This document shows, piece by piece, positions 58,589 to 64,000 of a DNA stretch of 64,000 nt (the first letter of the stretch is position 1; each line of letters opens with the position of its first letter). The notes below the pieces were generated by a model. That model did not search any database. It worked only from the letters and a program-made list of their open reading frames with translations, and was not told the origin of the DNA. Source of the stretch: a virus. Lineage: Duplodnaviria > Caudoviricetes. The stretch is taken from positions 160,001 through 224,000 of the IMG/VR virus record IMGVR_UViG_3300010163_000002; one strand, written 5' to 3'. A program made the position numbers and the translations under genes.

Positions 58589-60433
58589 ATGGCTAATTGG
58601 ACTGGCGATCTTAAAACTGCTAAAGAATATAAAACATCGGGCGGATTTACAGAATACTGTATGTATATTAATAAAGAATTTGTAACTGCTGGTAGATTAG
58701 AGTCTGGGACGGTTTTAGGATTATCATATGATTCTAAAAAAGATGCTATGAAAATCATTAGCTGTAGTGCCAAACCAGAAGCAGAAGGTAAATATATAAA
58801 ATCACCGCAAAATATTGCTGGTACAACTACAGTTAAAGCTACGAAAGATAAAAATGGAAAATCAATTAAAGCTTCCACAGAGGCCAAATCAACTAAAGAT
58901 AAAAAAACTGGTAAAACTACGGCTCAAAATACAGATGAAGATGGTAATACATCGACAACAACTATTGTTGATGAAATTTCATATGTAGATGATGCATTCA
59001 TAGATAATGAGTATTATGAGTATATTGATTCTGATACTTATAATGCTAATCTTTCGCAGGGATTAAGGGTTGCTGATTTAAGAGGAGTACTTGGTATGCC
59101 TCATCAATTTACAGCATTAACAGATCCAAGAATTGAAAACAGTAATACTCCTGGAGATGAAGAATCATTCGGCAGACTTTATGCAGAAAGAATTGTTAAG
59201 CACATACCATTGCTTCTTATGACTCCTGGAGTACCAACGTTTATGTCTGGCTATTCTGAAAATCAGAAAAGTACAATAATAGATAAACTTATAGGAAATA
59301 CAATAGCAGATATAGAATCGTTAGTAAATACAACTAAAGGTAAATATTATTCTCTTAAATATGCATATACTGAATATTTCCATTATGTGAATGCAATGCT
59401 GCGTTCAGCAGCAGTATTTCTAGAAATTGATGGGGAGAGTATTGATAGAAATAATAAAACTTTAGGAGATTTAGACTGGTTATATGAAACTGCTGGAGGA
59501 GAAAAATTTGGACATAAGGGCCTTAAAAACTTTCTTGGTCCTTATGCAGGATGTATTGCATTTTATGCAGATGCTGGAACATCGGTGGATGAATCATTTG
59601 GAAATGGTACAACCGAATCCCAGTTAGCATCTGCTTTAAATAATATAACTGATACAGGCAGGGAATTAAATTTCCTTGTAGGTAATGTTGGAGGCGCTGC
59701 AGGTGTAAATTTAAGTAAATATTTAGGCGCAGACGATATTAATGGAAAAATCGACGAGATTAAAGGAACTTTAGGCAGTATAGGTCTTGCTGAAGGTAAT
59801 ATCTTTAGTAATATTGTCGGAAAAGCAGTTACGCTACTTGCAGGCGGTAGAATGATATTTCCAGAAATATGGTCGGATTCTCAATTTTCTAGATCGTACT
59901 CTTGTAGTATGAAACTAGTTTCTCCATCTGGAGATAAACTAAGTATATATTTAAATATACTTGTCCCGTTTTATCATTTGTTAGGATTTGTATTGCCACG
60001 ACAGGCAGACGGACAATCATATTTCTCCCCATTTCTTGTTAGAGCATTCTATAAAGGATTATTTAATATTGATATGGGAATAATTACAGGATTATCTGCA
60101 TCTAAAGGAGCTGAAGGAGAATGGACTATTGATGGTTTACCTACAGTATTAAATGTAAGCTTTGACATAAAAGATATGTATGACTCATTATTTATGAGCA
60201 AACAAGAAAGTCTTACAGATAGTAATGGTCTTATGAGCAATATACAAGAATTAGATTATATCGCAAACTCATGCGGTATTAATGTAAACGATCAGGAAGT
60301 GTACAGAACACTCAAAATGTATAAAGTATTAGGGTTTGGGGCTTATAAAGATAAAGTCGGAGTTGATATTTTCGGCGGCATTGCTCAATACTTTAATCAG
60401 AAAATGAATAATATATTCGGCGTATTTAAGTAA
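58589..60433 (+). CDS. tail-tube-initiator / baseplate-hub-like structural protein
   Basis: Directly follows the tape-measure gene; FPEIWSDS.FSRSY, SPFLVRA, MGIITGLS and DGLPT..VSFDIKD tube-fold-like motifs. Confidence 0.6.
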   Translation: MANWTGDLKTAKEYKTSGGFTEYCMYINKEFVTAGRLESGTVLGLSYDSKKDAMKIISCSAKPEAEGKYIKSPQNIAGTTTVKATKDKNGKSIKASTEAKSTKDKKTGKTTAQNTDEDGNTSTTTIVDEISYVDDAFIDNEYYEYIDSDTYNANLSQGLRVADLRGVLGMPHQFTALTDPRIENSNTPGDEESFGRLYAERIVKHIPLLLMTPGVPTFMSGYSENQKSTIIDKLIGNTIADIESLVNTTKGKYYSLKYAYTEYFHYVNAMLRSAAVFLEIDGESIDRNNKTLGDLDWLYETAGGEKFGHKGLKNFLGPYAGCIAFYADAGTSVDESFGNGTTESQLASALNNITDTGRELNFLVGNVGGAAGVNLSKYLGADDINGKIDEIKGTLGSIGLAEGNIFSNIVGKAVTLLAGGRMIFPEIWSDSQFSRSYSCSMKLVSPSGDKLSIYLNILVPFYHLLGFVLPRQADGQSYFSPFLVRAFYKGLFNIDMGIITGLSASKGAEGEWTIDGLPTVLNVSFDIKDMYDSLFMSKQESLTDSNGLMSNIQELDYIANSCGINVNDQEVYRTLKMYKVLGFGAYKDKVGVDIFGGIAQYFNQKMNNIFGVFK

Positions 60434-60487
60434 TACAGCATGAACTACATAAGGTTAAATATACTCTTATATGGAGGTGGCGCTTGT

Positions 60488-61198
60488 GTGTTATCACGTA
60501 AACAAAAAATGATATTATATGATGAAAAATATGGTCATATACCAAAAGATTATATACAAAGACTAGAATATCTTTATGATACTCTTAATATAGATGATAA
60601 TAAATCTGACGAAATATTAAGGGCAAGACAAGCATTTATTAATTCTACATATTATCAAACTTTAAAAATCATTTTATATGAAATACCAGAATATACTCCT
60701 AGACCAAGAGCTAGGATTATACATAAAAATGGTATTATAAATGCCGTTACTGGTGGAAATGATTTCATTCAGGTATATTCAATTACCGGAAGACAGAATA
60801 GAGAATATATGAAGATGTTTACAAGGGAAAATATAAACGAATTGCAACAACTTCTTTGCACTCCATGCGATATAGAGTATAAAACATATTTCCCAACACC
60901 ATCATATTATAACAAAACTCAAGTTTTTCTAGCCGAAATAGGATTGGATAGACCTATAAATAAACCAGACTTTGACAACATAGAAAAATCATATGCAGAC
61001 TCATTTACAGGTAATATATGGATAGATGATATAGTTGTAATAGATGCAACGATAAGAAAATATTATTCTATATTACCTAGAGTGGAAATAGATCTCAAAT
61101 ATTCGAATCAATTATTTAACGCTCATCAATATAAAGCCATGCTTAAAAGGAAGGATTTTACTGACGATATGAATGTAAATTATTTCGGAGGTAAATAA
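60488..61198 (+). CDS. rusA: RusA-like Holliday junction resolvase
   Basis: PRPRAR, KPDFDNIEK, DSFTG.IWIDD.VV and KYYS.LPRVEI motifs; GTG at 60488 after GGAGGTG; promoter motif at 60446-60457. Confidence 0.8.
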   Translation: MLSRKQKMILYDEKYGHIPKDYIQRLEYLYDTLNIDDNKSDEILRARQAFINSTYYQTLKIILYEIPEYTPRPRARIIHKNGIINAVTGGNDFIQVYSITGRQNREYMKMFTRENINELQQLLCTPCDIEYKTYFPTPSYYNKTQVFLAEIGLDRPINKPDFDNIEKSYADSFTGNIWIDDIVVIDATIRKYYSILPRVEIDLKYSNQLFNAHQYKAMLKRKDFTDDMNVNYFGGK

Positions 61199-61200
61199 AA

Positions 61201-61482
61201 ATGGAAAAATTAAGACAGGCTTATGATATGAAAAAAAATATTATCGAAAATGGGGATATGCTTGAATTAGAGAAAGCTCTCAAAAAATCTCCAAACATAG
61301 ATAATGTAAATGTAAATAGCGACGGCACAATGAGATTAGAATCTAATAGCGGAATGGATTCTTTAAATTGTGCTGTAGAAAATACAGTACTTAATTGGAT
61401 AAAGCAGGAACTTAAATTTCCTGTTTCTATTATTTGTAATACTTTACCTATTAATCATAACGCGTGCATACTTAAAGTATAA
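61201..61482 (+). CDS. hypothetical protein
   Basis: 93 aa, RBS GGAGGT. Confidence 0.55.
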   Translation: MEKLRQAYDMKKNIIENGDMLELEKALKKSPNIDNVNVNSDGTMRLESNSGMDSLNCAVENTVLNWIKQELKFPVSIICNTLPINHNACILKV

Positions 61483-61492
61483 ACAAAAAACT

Positions 61493-61518
61493 ACCCCTAG
61501 GGATAACTCCCTAGGGGT
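61493..61518. terminator. bidirectional hairpin; exact inverted copy of 5158-5183
   Basis: ACCCCTAGGGA-taac-TCCCTAGGGGT between convergent genes. Confidence 0.8.
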
Positions 61519-61528
61519 TATATGTTGA

Positions 61529-62503
61529 TTAAAGATTCTCAAGATAATTATTCAAGAAGTTTTCATCAATATTAATCATCTGCATGGTATTAACCATCTC
61601 AAGCATGGTATAAATAAGCTGGGCTGATTCAACAATCATATTCATATCTACAGCAGCTTCATGAATATAAATAGCTCCAAGCTTACTGTCTTTAAGCACA
61701 GACTTAGTAAGAGATTCTACAATACATCCAAAGATGTTCTTATCCTGCATTGCTCTTCTCTCATCAATATCCAGCTTAGCCATATCAAGATAAGATTCTG
61801 CTAATGCATCATTTCCCTTAACAAGAGCGGCTTTATCCTGAGCTTGCTTAATGATCTCTTCGTACTCAACCTTATTTGCAGCATTGGAATCTACAAAGTC
61901 TGTAATAGCATCCGCAACTCTATCTTTAATCATCTTAGATGCATCCGTTACATCAACCTCTTCAAGCTCTCTGTAAAATTCATCAATTGTGTCTGGATCA
62001 ACAATCTGCTTAGCGTTGGAGAAATCATTTGTACTGCATGCTTCACAATCTTTAGCTTCAAGAATCTTATCATAGTATTTCGTACAAATTCTACTGAATT
62101 CTGCCAAAATAAAATTCTTCGAAGCGAATGAATGAATTAATTCTCCCGCACTGTTTTCAATGACAAACTTGTTTACAAGATTCTTTGCTACTGTTTTGTC
62201 TCTTGATGTAAGCGGAGCTACAGATGATTCCTTATAAAGCTTATAAATGCATTCAGAAATAAGAGATTTCTTAATATTATCGATAAACTCTGCTCTGGAT
62301 GCGTCGCTCTCAAGCATGGATTTGTTATACTCCATCATATTATTGATATATTCCTGCCTCTCAAGCTGAGCTGCTCTTGACTCCGCATATTCTTTATCAT
62401 TATCATTATTATAAATCTCTTCCTTCTGCTCCCTGAGCATTTTAGCTATATCAGTAAAACTAAGTTGCATGTTTTCTGATGGTTTATTCATATCATAAAT
62501 CAT
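61529..62503 (-). CDS. acidic helical late protein (probable head/scaffold-associated)
   Basis: 324 aa, helical, several hydrophobic-x-E-(A/S) sites; promoter motif at 62536-62547. Confidence 0.45.
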   Translation of the reverse strand: MIYDMNKPSENMQLSFTDIAKMLREQKEEIYNNDNDKEYAESRAAQLERQEYINNMMEYNKSMLESDASRAEFIDNIKKSLISECIYKLYKESSVAPLTSRDKTVAKNLVNKFVIENSAGELIHSFASKNFILAEFSRICTKYYDKILEAKDCEACSTNDFSNAKQIVDPDTIDEFYRELEEVDVTDASKMIKDRVADAITDFVDSNAANKVEYEEIIKQAQDKAALVKGNDALAESYLDMAKLDIDERRAMQDKNIFGCIVESLTKSVLKDSKLGAIYIHEAAVDMNMIVESAQLIYTMLEMVNTMQMINIDENFLNNYLENL

Positions 62504-62548
62504 TATTACCGTGCCTCCTTATTGAATTCAATTTTTATTAAAATGTTT

Positions 62549-64000
62549 TTAGTATACCGTAATGCTTATATCTGGAACATTGTATCCCTCTACTGTAGTT
62601 GCCACATTAAGGAATTCCATTGGTATATCGGCATCAACTTTATCATCAAGATATAAATGTTGACATGCCGGGCCATATCCATTTACATCCAAAAATTCAA
62701 AGTACACTAACTGTTCCCTATAGTTATTTGTAATAAGAGTAATAACATTTGGAATATGGAGTTCGTTAATTACATTGATATCTTCCATGTAATCTTTAAT
62801 ATCAAGAATGATATCTTCTGTAACATATTTATCTGCAGATGTTTCTGCTTCAAGCTGGAATTTCATATCCAATGCTACGTTATTAATATAGGTGATAACC
62901 TTAACAGTATCAGCAAGTTTAATCCATCCTTCATATGGATATTTAATATACCCCCATTGACCTCTTACCTTAGTGATATTAACTTGCATACCAAAGTTAA
63001 GCCAACCAGCAATAGCGGATTCATCATCTTCGTCCTCTGTTCTGGTAAGAACTTTAAGCTTTTCAATAGCAACTTTAACACTATATTCCTCAGATTCTGG
63101 AATATTATAGTAGAACCTTCTCGATGGTCCATATGTATTAAAGAATTTAACGTCAATACTAAAAGTATCTTCAAGAACACGAACACATTCTTCAGTATAT
63201 TTTCGTCTTTCTTCAAGATCAAATATGAATTCTTGCATAAGAGCCTCTGTAGTAAGGTAATTGTTTCTAATCATTGGAACCCTTTTTACTTCATAATTGT
63301 AATGATACGTTCCATCATCGTTAGTTTTAAATAATGGTATTAATTGGCTATAATCATGCCCAAGAGAATCTGTCCTTTTAATTTCTTTATACAAAGGATT
63401 ACCATCGCTATCAGTTTGAGGTATTTGTTTAACTACAATAGTACTTCTCATTATAGGTGAATAATCATGATAGAAGTCAATTCCTCCATCAATGCTCATT
63501 ACATTACACAATGTCCATCTAGATAAATCTACGTAATTATAAGAATCAATAACTTCAATTACATCTTCATCCTTAAGAAGAATATCTTGAACAAATTCTG
63601 AATCTTTATTATTACGAAGATATCTTAATATTGCTAATTCTGTTTCTTGTTCATTATTATTATATTGCTTAACTTCGTTCATGTATTTAGGGTTGGCCTT
63701 CATTATGGTAACAACGTTAACTTGATTACCATTCTTTTCAAGGTAAATATCGTTTTTTAAGAAAGAATCTACTATATCGTCTCTTATTGGCAAAATATTT
63801 TCGATTTCTGTTCTATTACCAATTCCATCTTCTCCATAAAGTATTACTTCTGCAGCTTCTTCAGTAACAGTTCCAGTTTCTGTTTCATCTCCAGGTTTTG
63901 TGCCGAAGTCTGCTAATATATAAATTTTAGCATAAGTATTTTTATTCATATAACCATGAGCATTTGGAAGATTATACTTATGCTGGAATTCTTCTGGTTT
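62549..64000 (-). CDS. baseplate-like virion structural protein with an SH3-like insert (5'-partial)
   Basis: Frame is open to the window edge. LEDTFSIDVKFFNTYGPS and LHIPNVIT blocks; insert VNITKVRGQWGYI…GWIKL. Confidence 0.55.
   Translation of the reverse strand, partial: KPEEFQHKYNLPNAHGYMNKNTYAKIYILADFGTKPGDETETGTVTEEAAEVILYGEDGIGNRTEIENILPIRDDIVDSFLKNDIYLEKNGNQVNVVTIMKANPKYMNEVKQYNNNEQETELAILRYLRNNKDSEFVQDILLKDEDVIEVIDSYNYVDLSRWTLCNVMSIDGGIDFYHDYSPIMRSTIVVKQIPQTDSDGNPLYKEIKRTDSLGHDYSQLIPLFKTNDDGTYHYNYEVKRVPMIRNNYLTTEALMQEFIFDLEERRKYTEECVRVLEDTFSIDVKFFNTYGPSRRFYYNIPESEEYSVKVAIEKLKVLTRTEDEDDESAIAGWLNFGMQVNITKVRGQWGYIKYPYEGWIKLADTVKVITYINNVALDMKFQLEAETSADKYVTEDIILDIKDYMEDINVINELHIPNVITLITNNYREQLVYFEFLDVNGYGPACQHLYLDDKVDADIPMEFLNVATTVEGYNVPDISITVY

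Noticed and set aside
1-64000. Stop-codon reassignment, as in some gut jumbo phages
   Set aside because: Coding density is high under the standard code, and TAA, TAG and TGA all end genes directly before the next RBS or hairpin. The TGA at 23769 has another in-frame stop at 23712 and no start between them.
1-64000. CRISPR array, tRNA or rRNA genes
   Set aside because: No regularly spaced repeat-spacer series and no cloverleaf or rRNA-like stretch seen; intergenic gaps are short. A tRNAscan/Infernal run would confirm.

Overview
This 64 kb window is AT-rich, densely coding phage DNA. It most likely comes from a PBS1/AR9/phiKZ-related jumbo myovirus infecting a Gram-positive, probably Clostridia-type, host (strong GGAGG ribosome-binding sites; GH25, CHAP and SH3b cell-wall modules). 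It holds mostly late structural genes: baseplate and tail proteins, many tail-fibre proteins, a 4,201-aa tape-measure-like protein ending in five enzyme-like domains, a 1,459-aa split RNA polymerase beta subunit, ThyA, RusA, a DEDDh exonuclease, two endolysins, several holin-like proteins and a tyrosine recombinase. Non-obvious structure read from the DNA: (1) a DACA-N6-TAA motif upstream of 20 genes on both strands, matching the AR9 late-promoter layout although this phage encodes ThyA; (2) about 19 intergenic GC-rich hairpins, two of them identical over 30 bp, 56 kb apart and inverted; (3) a tail-fibre island (about 23.8-33.4 kb) whose first gene lacks a 5' end, which carries two receptor-binding cassettes with the same MAYG-VN N-terminus (one ending in a DGR-target-like domain with no reverse transcriptase in the window) and ends in a tyrosine recombinase flanked by inverted repeats. 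The island and the possibly self-processing tape-measure polyprotein are the best candidates for an undescribed system. All family calls are motif recognition by eye; no database searches were run.
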